18,273 nucleotides of DNA from an uncultured archaeon. GTDB lineage: Archaea; Asgardarchaeota; Lokiarchaeia; Sigyniarchaeales; SOKP01. The stretch covers positions 1-18,273 of the forward strand of contig CAZWEM010000057.1 of the NCBI GenBank assembly GCA_964632315.1. Direction: 5' to 3'. Both the position numbers and the translations under genes were made by a program. The notes below the pieces were generated by a model. It did not search any database. It was not told the origin of the DNA and was given only the letters and a program-made list of their open reading frames with translations. This document shows, in pieces, positions 1 through 7,418 of this stretch; position 1 is the stretch's first letter; each line of letters begins with the position of its first letter.

Positions 1-288
1 CCATTGAAATTTCTCATATAACTTAACCATAAAACTCCATCTATCACTCATTTTCTTGAATTTCCCATCATTCTTCCTTAAATTAACCCCGGCAATTAGG
101 AATAACAAGAAATTTAAGGTCAATGAATAAGGAATGTATACCATAAACGGAAAATGATAAATGGGTGGATCATCAGGTATGGGAACAATTAACATAACAA
201 TAAGCATGAAGAGTAAAGCAGCATTTACAAAGAATATGTAAATCGCAATTCGGCTTGACCTTATCTTAACAAAATTGGAAAAAGCCAT
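1..288 (-). CDS. Hypothetical membrane protein, 5' part only (runs off the window start)
   Basis: Not in the ORF track; read by hand. ATG at 288 opens 96 stop-free codons to the edge: MAFSNFVKIRSSRIAIYIFFVNAALLFMLIVMLIVPIPDDPPIYHFPFMVYIPYSLTLNFLLFLIAGVNLRKNDGKFKK... with two hydrophobic helices. Divergent from the gene at 497. Confidence 0.7.
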   Translation of the reverse strand, partial: MAFSNFVKIRSSRIAIYIFFVNAALLFMLIVMLIVPIPDDPPIYHFPFMVYIPYSLTLNFLLFLIAGVNLRKNDGKFKKMSDRWSFMVKLYEKFQW

Positions 289-496
289 GTTTTATAGTAA
301 TCAAGATCTCTTAAAAAAGATTATACTTTAGAAGCCAGATTGAAGTATATAGTAAGGAATAAAATTTGGTTCTCAAGTCCAATTTATTACAAATATAATA
401 ATCTTGTTTTAATTTCTGTCTTAAATTATAATTACAAAGGATTAAATCTAAGTATTTAGATTGATTTTGTAAGGAAGTACTAATTAATGATGAAAA

Positions 497-2032
497 ATGT
501 TAACGGCTACAATTGAGCAAAATGGAAAGAAAAGAACTGAACACATGATAGTCATTGATGCACATTCCCATTTAGGTCAAGATGTGGATGGAGCAACAAT
601 GATGAATCCTTTAGCACCGGGAACGGGAACTTTTGATTTTTGGGGAAATGTTCAAGGACGTATTAAGTCAGACTGGGAGACTCATGGGGAGAAATCTTTT
701 ATGACTAGAATGAATGGGATTCCAACAAAGATTACATGGTCATTTAATCCATTTCCGTTCACAGATAAATTTTATTCGGTATTAGAAAAACTAGGGAAGC
801 GATATTCCGATTTAAAAGAAAAAGCGAAGTTTTACTCCTTTATAGATCAAGGAGTAGTTTTTCCTTTTCAAGATGTCTTTCGTGACAAGTATCCAGAAGC
901 ACTCTATCGAGCTAGTAATATTAATGTATCGAGATTCACTACTAGATTTCCGTATTCACTAAAGTTAATTGGGTATGCTAGATGTGATCCCATGGAAGGG
1001 GAAAAAGCGGTAAATGAAGTAAGACATGCTAGGGAAGTTCTTGGACTGAGAGGCCTTAAACTTCATCCACGTTCTGAAAGGTGGATAGATGATATAAAAT
1101 CAGGAATGCCTTTAAATGTTTTAGTGGAAGCTGCCAAACATTCGATGCCAGTTATTTTTGATACAAGAGGGAGGGGCTCAATTTTAGATATCAGTGAATT
1201 AGTTAAATCAACGAGAAATTTTCTTTCTCAAAAGCATCCAAAATTATTACCGCATCTAAAAGTGATAATTGCTCACTTTGCTCAAGGTAACATTGGTGAT
1301 TATGAAGTCTACAATGCAATCGTACAACCAAACACATATGGAGATCTATCTATGCTACATGGAGAGGGTGCTGGTAATTTCTTTGAAGATTTCAGATCAT
1401 GGTTTAAAAATAATAATAAGTTTAGTGTTGATAAGCGAGATTGGTCAGAATATATATTCTATGCTTCAGATTATCCCTATTTTGGAGATATTCATGCCCA
1501 TAAATTAATGAAATATATAATAAATAAACGATTCTTTGATTCAGGTGGAACACTAAAAGATACACGAAATATTTTGGGAATGAACCAATTGAAAGTTCTT
1601 CCAGAATACAATCTTCCCCTTGTTCAGCCTCAAACTAACAACAAAGCAAGCACGATTATATCTCAAGCATCATCTGAAGTTTCATCTTATGAAATAGGTT
1701 TAAGAGTCTTAGCAAAACTTATTGTGGAAAATAAAATCGACATCAAAAAGTTTTGCGTTAGATATGATGACGCTTGGGATAATTTTAACAATATTGCATT
1801 AGATATTATTAATGCTACTACAAAAAAAGAAATGTTAATGTCTTTGGTAGAATTAGTACGAGATAAAATTCTACTAATAGCGCCTCTTTCTGATCAAATA
1901 GATTGGAATTCAACATCATTGAAATATTTCGATCCTAAAAACCGAGCATTTTTAGCGGGTGCATTTAAGCAAGCATATTTAGCCATAACCGAAGAACAAG
2001 CTATGAATAGTATGGTACAAATTTTAAGTTAA
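497..2032 (+). CDS. Amidohydrolase_2 (LigI/TatD-like TIM-barrel metallohydrolase) with a C-terminal extension of about 135 aa
   Basis: VIDAHSH (HxH metal motif), GLRGLKLHP, PVIFDT, VIIAHFAQG and YASDYPY (strand-8 Asp). An alternative ATG at 545 gives MIVIDAHSH. Confidence 0.85.
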   Translation: MLTATIEQNGKKRTEHMIVIDAHSHLGQDVDGATMMNPLAPGTGTFDFWGNVQGRIKSDWETHGEKSFMTRMNGIPTKITWSFNPFPFTDKFYSVLEKLGKRYSDLKEKAKFYSFIDQGVVFPFQDVFRDKYPEALYRASNINVSRFTTRFPYSLKLIGYARCDPMEGEKAVNEVRHAREVLGLRGLKLHPRSERWIDDIKSGMPLNVLVEAAKHSMPVIFDTRGRGSILDISELVKSTRNFLSQKHPKLLPHLKVIIAHFAQGNIGDYEVYNAIVQPNTYGDLSMLHGEGAGNFFEDFRSWFKNNNKFSVDKRDWSEYIFYASDYPYFGDIHAHKLMKYIINKRFFDSGGTLKDTRNILGMNQLKVLPEYNLPLVQPQTNNKASTIISQASSEVSSYEIGLRVLAKLIVENKIDIKKFCVRYDDAWDNFNNIALDIINATTKKEMLMSLVELVRDKILLIAPLSDQIDWNSTSLKYFDPKNRAFLAGAFKQAYLAITEEQAMNSMVQILS

Positions 2033-2196
2033 TTTAATTCATGACAACTATCTTAACCTTTTTATCTAGGTTTTTTAAACATAGATCGGTTATGTATAAA
2101 TATTGAACAAAAAATTAGCAGAAAGAAAATTAATTATAATATTTTATCCATTGTAACTTGATCATTAATAAAACAACCATCTAAAACGAAATTAAA

Positions 2197-3405
2197 TTGA
2201 AAGGAATTATTATTGTAGCTTTTAATGAAGAATTAGAAGCATCGATTGATAAACAATATCCAAGTAATTTGGCTGAGTTTCTTAAAATTAGTCCTGAAAT
2301 GTTAAGTGATTTATCAGAATATCACGTTAACAGAAAAGTGGAACCTAATTTTATTCAAGCAAAATTAAAAGATGGAATTAATGTTGCGAGTTTTTATTCA
2401 GGATTTACATTCAGACATTATGTTGGATCACCAAATTTTGCGGTTACCGTGTTTCTCTCGGATGATGATCAATTATCTGCTCAGTTTGAGGGCATGTTGC
2501 GAAGAATTACTCATGAACTGTTACCAAAAAGAGATGCTCTGAATTTTGATGACATCTTGGGTAAATATTATGACATGCTTAAGGAAAGCGAACTTACTCC
2601 CTATTGGGAAGAGATTGTCGAAGGAGAAAGCAATCTTTTACAAGGAAAAGAACAAGAGACTCAAATTGGTAATGAGAAAGAAGGGAGTTTAGAAGATAAA
2701 GAAAAAGAAGAAAATGAGCGAAATGAATTTAGTTCTCTAGAAATGGAAGAATTAAGAGTCAAAAATGAAGAGCTTGAGCTTTTATTAGAAGAAAAGTCTA
2801 ATAAGATTAGGGATTTAACTAAAAAATTTACGGAACTGACGTCAGAAAAAAACCAAAATGTTGAAGAATTAGATACATTAAAAGATGAACTTAGCGAGCA
2901 ATACATAAAACTCGAAAAATGGAATGAACAAATTACTGTATTAAATGAAAATAATGCTAAGTTAATAGAGGAAGTGAAAGATCTAAATGAACTAATTGCT
3001 CAAAAAGATAATGAAATCGCCATAAAAGATGAACAGATTGAAGATTTAACGCAAGAAAGTGAAGATGCTAAAAGCATTGAAAAAGAAGCAGAGAATTTGC
3101 TACAAGAAGTTCAAGATTTAAAGACGATTATAAAAGATTTAAATTCTGAAATAGAGGTTCTTGAAAACCAGGTAAAAGACAAATCAACTCAAATTGAGAA
3201 ATCTAAGCATTCTAGTTCACAGAATTTAGATACTATAACTAATCTTAAAATGGAAGTCAAGAACCTAAAACAGGATGTTAATAACGTTTCAGAAGAAAAG
3301 GAGGCCCTTACCTCCCAGATCTTCGATCTTAAAAAGGAAATAAAAGTATTGAGAAGAGAAAGAGATCATTACATGAAATTGGTTAAAGATAATGATCTTC
3401 TCTAG
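2197..3405 (+). CDS. N-terminal longin/uDENN-like alpha/beta domain followed by a long acidic coiled coil (Asgard eukaryotic-signature-type protein)
   Basis: The first ~135 aa (GIIIVAFNEELEASIDKQYP...INVASFYSG...FAVTVFLSDDD...FEGMLRRITHELL) follow the beta-beta-YP-alpha-beta-beta-beta-alpha-alpha pattern of longin/uDENN folds. Residues ~180-400 are E/K/L/N-rich heptads with no Pro or Gly. TTG start, with an in-frame TAA at 2182. The CDS is certain; the domain call is an inference. Confidence 0.7.
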   Translation: MKGIIIVAFNEELEASIDKQYPSNLAEFLKISPEMLSDLSEYHVNRKVEPNFIQAKLKDGINVASFYSGFTFRHYVGSPNFAVTVFLSDDDQLSAQFEGMLRRITHELLPKRDALNFDDILGKYYDMLKESELTPYWEEIVEGESNLLQGKEQETQIGNEKEGSLEDKEKEENERNEFSSLEMEELRVKNEELELLLEEKSNKIRDLTKKFTELTSEKNQNVEELDTLKDELSEQYIKLEKWNEQITVLNENNAKLIEEVKDLNELIAQKDNEIAIKDEQIEDLTQESEDAKSIEKEAENLLQEVQDLKTIIKDLNSEIEVLENQVKDKSTQIEKSKHSSSQNLDTITNLKMEVKNLKQDVNNVSEEKEALTSQIFDLKKEIKVLRRERDHYMKLVKDNDLL

Positions 3406-3672
3406 CTAATCTTTTCCAAAATCTTTTAATCTAATTGTAGAGTATCTTGTTCCTGTAGCATACGTGTTATTAAGTTGGGTAGGATCAATCCATATCCCTC
3501 TAATAATTAACGAAATATAAATAATAATGAAAACAAAGGACATAATCAGAAAAGATAAAAATAATGTTTTCTCAAGATTCGAATTTCTTCTGTAAGGATT
3601 TAGTTTTTCGAGTATGAGCCTCCTTAATTTCAATAAACTAGTTTTGAATAATTTTTCCAACATTTTAATCAC
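3406..3672 (-). CDS. Small single-pass membrane protein downstream of the radical SAM gene
   Basis: Basic N-terminus, one hydrophobic helix (LFLSFLIMSFVFIIIYISLII) and a polar tail. Lies 15 nt downstream of the radical SAM stop on the same strand. The true start may be ATG at 3663. Confidence 0.6.
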   Translation of the reverse strand: MIKMLEKLFKTSLLKLRRLILEKLNPYRRNSNLEKTLFLSFLIMSFVFIIIYISLIIRGIWIDPTQLNNTYATGTRYSTIRLKDFGKD

Positions 3673-3687
3673 ATTTTTAATCCTATT

Positions 3688-4791
3688 TTATATTTTTGAC
3701 AAACCTTCGTAATAATTTTTAATTTTTGAGAAAATTGTATCAACTTTACTTGTTAATGGAAATTTAGTCAAAAAATGCTCGTTTTCTATTGCCCGTAAAC
3801 AATAAGGATATTCAAATTCATTAACAGCTAATGCAGTACCTAAACAACCGCCCATGCAGGACTCGAGAACATCACATTTTTGACAATATCCTCTTGGTTC
3901 AAGTGTCTTCATTCTAAGCCTTTTTAAAATTATCGATAATTTCTCTTCTCTTATATTACCTTCAATAAAACTATCTGGAAGGGTTAAACATCCTTTGATA
4001 TTTCCATTGCATTGAATTCCCAAAATAGTCTTACCCGCTTGACATCCTATCCAGGGACTCAAGCCTAAGTTCGGAATAAATCGTGAATAATGGCCTAAAC
4101 AATGAGCACCTATTAAAGGCACTCTTTTATACCCATATTTTTTCACAGTATTTGCAATATATGACGCTAAATTATAGAATTCGGTTCGATCAATCATCAA
4201 TTTCTTAGGGAATCTCCCAATTGGTGTTGAAACCTGAATTTGCCATGCGATATTTCGATCAATGATCATTTTCTTTATCTTATCTATTTCCTTTAAATTA
4301 ATTTTGCTTACAGATGTTATGATGCTGGTTGGTATTGCCGTGCGTTCCAAAATGTTAAGAGCTTCAATAACCTTGCTAAATGAACCAGATACACCACGTA
4401 AGTAATCGTGTACTTTTTCTGTTCCCGCATCTAAGCTTATTGAAACACAATCTGTACCCAATGATTTTATCTTGTGTATATTTTCTTTTAAAGTCAAACC
4501 ATTTGTAACGATTGATAATTCAAGATTATTCTTTTTTACTTCATTTGCAATTTCAAACCAATCACTTCGTAATAACGGTTCTCCACCCATAAGCGCAACT
4601 CCTTTGAACCCACAGCTCTTTAACTCTCTAACCAGATTTAATGCTTCTTCATTATTTAACTCACCAGGGCGTTTTTCTCCTGCATTGGATCCACAATGAA
4701 TGCATTTACTGTTGCATTTCAGCGTGAGTTCCCATACAGCACAAATTGGTTTAAGTTTTGTGGATACTCGAGAGGCGAATTTAAACATCAA
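3688..4791 (-). CDS. Radical SAM protein with C-terminal SPASM domain (PqqE/AhbD/TIGR03913-like subgroup)
   Basis: AVWELTLKCNSKCIHC (CxxxCxxC), MGGEPLLR, IVTNG and VSISLD. SPASM: CQAGK..LGIQCNGNIKGC and CQKCDVLESCMGGC...C. Probable start is ATG at 4788. Confidence 0.92.
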   Translation of the reverse strand: MMFKFASRVSTKLKPICAVWELTLKCNSKCIHCGSNAGEKRPGELNNEEALNLVRELKSCGFKGVALMGGEPLLRSDWFEIANEVKKNNLELSIVTNGLTLKENIHKIKSLGTDCVSISLDAGTEKVHDYLRGVSGSFSKVIEALNILERTAIPTSIITSVSKINLKEIDKIKKMIIDRNIAWQIQVSTPIGRFPKKLMIDRTEFYNLASYIANTVKKYGYKRVPLIGAHCLGHYSRFIPNLGLSPWIGCQAGKTILGIQCNGNIKGCLTLPDSFIEGNIREEKLSIILKRLRMKTLEPRGYCQKCDVLESCMGGCLGTALAVNEFEYPYCLRAIENEHFLTKFPLTSKVDTIFSKIKNYYEGLSKI

Positions 4792-5032
4792 TTATCGAAT
4801 CTGGATTCTATATTACTAAAATTATATAGGAAACTTATAAATATTTTTAAGTTCCAAGGTAAATGCAAGTAATTTAATATAGAAAAATAATTATGGAAAT
4901 GAATTAGTTTGATGATTATTCTCCTATAAAAAGTTAAAACATTAAGGGTGAGGATTAAATTATATACGATTTTTCATTTAATTTATTAATAACACGTCAA
5001 AATAAATCCCAATTATCTATAATTTTATCAGA

Positions 5033-5302
5033 ATGCAGAAAGAAGATAAGGAAGAGACACAAAAGTTCTTAATTAAAGTAAGAAAAGAAAAAATAAAAAA
5101 AGAAATTAAATCTGCAAAAAAGATTGTAAAGAGTGAGATTGAGCCATTAACGATAGCAGATAGATTTTTTCATTCTATGGTATTGCTTTTAAAGAATGGA
5201 ATTCTTACCAGATTTCCAGACTTGGATAATGAAGCTTTGAAGAAAATGATAAAGAAAAATCTTAATATATCATTGCAAATCAAAACATTTAAACTGAAGT
5301 GA
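5033..5302 (+). CDS. Small basic helical protein, putative partner/antitoxin of the downstream nucleotidyltransferase
   Basis: 89 aa and Lys-rich. LKNGILTRFPDLDNEAL resembles the 'GI..R.P....E' signature of small proteins found upstream of AbiEii/DUF6036-type nucleotidyltransferases (recalled, not searched). 7-nt gap to the next gene. Confidence 0.65.
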   Translation: MQKEDKEETQKFLIKVRKEKIKKEIKSAKKIVKSEIEPLTIADRFFHSMVLLLKNGILTRFPDLDNEALKKMIKKNLNISLQIKTFKLK

Positions 5303-5309
5303 AGGTCTA

Positions 5310-5909
5310 TTGGCTGAAATTCAAGATATATTAACTAGATTGGAAGCTATTTTTAATGTTACAAAACTGAAATATGTTATAGTAGGAGGACTTGCAATAA
5401 TTCATTACGGGCATTTGAGAACAACTCAAGATATCGATATTCTAATTGACAATGATCCAGATAGAATTGAACAACTACTAGAACTATTACATTCTCATGA
5501 TTTCGATGTTATGGAGGATCAGTTTAAACTTGCACATCAAGAAGGTACCAATGCTTCCATTTTCGATAATAGAAGTTTTATGAGATTAGACCTTAAAGTT
5601 GTTAATGGAAAAAGAGAGCTTGATGTTTTGAATAACGCCATAACTAAAGAAGTCTTTGGATTAAAAATAAGAATGGCCCCTTTAGAATATGTATTGCTTG
5701 GGAAACTCCAATATATTGGTGATCTCGAGGAAATCGATGATTTTGAATTGCTGGAATACCAAGATGTACTAGACTTTTTAACATTATTTTATGCTAATAA
5801 AGAGAGAATTGATTTCTCCCTATTAGAAAAAAAAATTTCAGAATATGGGTTAATAGAACAATATACTCGATTAATAACTTTAAATATTAATGAAAATGGA
5901 GATTTATAA
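5310..5909 (+). CDS. Pol-beta superfamily nucleotidyltransferase, AbiEii/DUF6036-like (putative toxin)
   Basis: YVIVGGLAIIHYGHLRTTQDIDILI (GG.A...R.T.D.D), third acidic residue in RLDL, then PLEYVLLGKL and a downstream QDV. TTG start preceded by GAAGGT. Confidence 0.85.
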   Translation: MAEIQDILTRLEAIFNVTKLKYVIVGGLAIIHYGHLRTTQDIDILIDNDPDRIEQLLELLHSHDFDVMEDQFKLAHQEGTNASIFDNRSFMRLDLKVVNGKRELDVLNNAITKEVFGLKIRMAPLEYVLLGKLQYIGDLEEIDDFELLEYQDVLDFLTLFYANKERIDFSLLEKKISEYGLIEQYTRLITLNINENGDL

Positions 5910-6185
5910 AGTCCTTTAATTGAATATTAATAATTTTCGCAATAATGACGCATTGATTAAATAATATCTTCTTGAATCTCTATTGGTCTTTTTTTATAGG
6001 TTAAGCTATTTTATAGTCATATCATTCCATATTAAGCAGGATTTGCCTTAATATTCCTTTTAATCCCGCGTCTAAATTGCGAAAGGTTATCAAAAAACAT
6101 ATTTTTATATAGAGAATCTTTTTTAATAATAATAATAGTTTTAAACATGAACTTCTAATAATATTATATATAAAAATTCAAGTTT

Positions 6186-6190
6186 AGGTG
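6186..6190 (+). promoter_or_regulatory. Shine-Dalgarno-like AGGTG upstream of the Roadblock coding region
   Basis: AGGTG matches the archaeal SD core (GGAGGTGA) and lies 7 nt before ATC 6198. A TATA-like TTATATATAAAA is at 6164-6175. Confidence 0.45.
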
Positions 6191-6197
6191 TATCATC

Positions 6198-6653
6198 ATC
6201 TCATTAGATACTAAATCATTTGACAATATTTTATCGAAAATTATCAAATCTGAAAGTGGTATTAAAAAAGTCATTTTAGTTGACCGTACGGGGCTTACAA
6301 TTGCCAGTGTTTCAAAATTCTCTTATTTCCCCGCAGATGTGGATGGTATTGGAGCTATAGCTAGCGCAGTTTTCTGTGCATCAGAGGAGCAGGGAAAAAA
6401 TTTGGAACTTGGCGACCTCGAAATTGTTACGAGCGAATTCAGCGGAGGGAAAATCTTTGCTTCGAGTTGTGGACCAAAAGGTGTGCTCACGCTCATATCT
6501 GACCCAGAGATTAACATTGGGCTGATTCGACTTATTCTTAAACGTTCTGGAGATGAATTAAAGGAAATTCTTGATGAGTTTCTTTCAGATATCCCAGACA
6601 CTCTTGATAGTGGTTTAGATCTTTCTGATTTAGACTCTTTAACACCTGATTGA
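6198..6653 (+). CDS. Roadblock/LC7 (MglB/LAMTOR-like) domain protein with an acidic C-terminal tail; start extended upstream of the tracked GTG at 6339
   Basis: The frame is open from 6174. Upstream of 6339 it reads SLDTKSFDNILSKIIKSESGIKKVILVDRTGLTIASVSKFSYFPADV, which is the Roadblock helix 1 plus the 'GI..V.LVD.TGL.IAS' beta-hairpin. It continues DGIGAIASAVF...GVLTLISDPEINIGLIRLILKR. The start coordinate is inferred (ATC at 6198). Confidence 0.88.
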   Translation: MSLDTKSFDNILSKIIKSESGIKKVILVDRTGLTIASVSKFSYFPADVDGIGAIASAVFCASEEQGKNLELGDLEIVTSEFSGGKIFASSCGPKGVLTLISDPEINIGLIRLILKRSGDELKEILDEFLSDIPDTLDSGLDLSDLDSLTPD

Positions 6654-6697
6654 ACGTCTTTTCTCTTCCTTTTTCTACATTAAAATAATTATTAATT
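6654..6697. terminator. Pyrimidine/oligo-T tract between convergent genes, probable archaeal terminator
   Basis: TCTTTTCTCTTCCTTTTTCT directly follows the Roadblock stop codon. Confidence 0.4.
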
Positions 6698-7018
6698 TTA
6701 AGAAAGATAATTATTAAAAAATGTATTAAGTTTCTTTAGTGCTTTCCGTTCAGCGCCATAGCTTAACCGAAAAATTCCCGTACCTCCACCCGAAACTATA
6801 ACGTGTATTTTTACATTATATTCAGGTAATCGTTCAAACACAACTGTTATTGTTAGATTTGAGAATGGTAACGTATGAAACTCCTCTACAATAAACACGT
6901 ATATTGTATTTTTAGATGTAGAAATGCGGAATATTGGATTAAATAATCCTTGAAAATCGGATAAAAGTTTTTCAAAATCAACATTTTCAAGAAAAATGGA
7001 AGTTTGCTCCATATTCAT
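6698..7018 (-). CDS. Hypothetical protein, DUF6054-like
   Basis: VFIVEEF...SNLTITVVFE...IHVIVSGGGTGIFRLSYGAE resembles the DUF6054 C-terminal 'SGG....F....G.E' pattern (recalled). GAGGG spacing favours the second ATG at 7012. Confidence 0.65.
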   Translation of the reverse strand: MNMEQTSIFLENVDFEKLLSDFQGLFNPIFRISTSKNTIYVFIVEEFHTLPFSNLTITVVFERLPEYNVKIHVIVSGGGTGIFRLSYGAERKALKKLNTFFNNYLS

Positions 7019-7119
7019 CCCTCTATTTATTACATAAAAATTTAAGATATATAAAAATACTGATTCAAATGGAAGATTAATTATTTTAGCGATAGAGTCT
7101 TTTATTTATCTGAAGATTA

Positions 7120-7410
7120 ATGTTTGAATATAATGAAGACACAAAGCAAGATATCAGTGTGGCTGCATATCTACTTGCGCAAAAAAAACTCCCTTTTGAT
7201 GAATTATGTTGGATGTTAGCAGATAGACAATTATACCTCCAAAATAATTTTCAAAAGGCAAATGAAAACGCAATTAAGGGTCAAGCAATCCATATTTTCA
7301 ATTCACATCCTTCATACGACGTGCTATGCTGGCTGATATCAGAAATAGATTACATCTTAAAGATTCAAAAATATCAAGGTAAGAAGAAACCCCATTTTAT
7401 TCTTGATTAA
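7120..7410 (+). CDS. Hypothetical protein made of two DUF2934-like helical repeats
   Basis: Repeat 1 is ISVAAYLLAQKKLPFDELCWMLADRQL and repeat 2 is IKGQAIHIFNSHPSYDVLCWLISEIDY. Confidence 0.75.
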   Translation: MFEYNEDTKQDISVAAYLLAQKKLPFDELCWMLADRQLYLQNNFQKANENAIKGQAIHIFNSHPSYDVLCWLISEIDYILKIQKYQGKKKPHFILD

Positions 7411-7418
7411 TTGGGTCA

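Noticed and set aside
1269-1508. 79-aa + strand ORF
   Set aside because: Out-of-frame inside the amidohydrolase, with no motifs.
2661-2906. 81-aa Ser/Phe-rich minus-strand ORF
   Set aside because: Antisense shadow of the GAA/AAA-rich coiled-coil gene.
2730-3405. SMC/Rad50 or chemoreceptor call for the coiled coil
   Set aside because: No Walker A/B, hinge, zinc hook or MCP signalling motif.
4472-4699. 75-aa + strand ORF
   Set aside because: Antisense to the radical SAM core.
6323-6601. 92-aa minus-strand ORF
   Set aside because: Antisense shadow of the Roadblock gene.
6339-6653. GTG 6339 as the Roadblock start
   Set aside because: It would delete the first helix and two strands of the fold, which are encoded in frame upstream.
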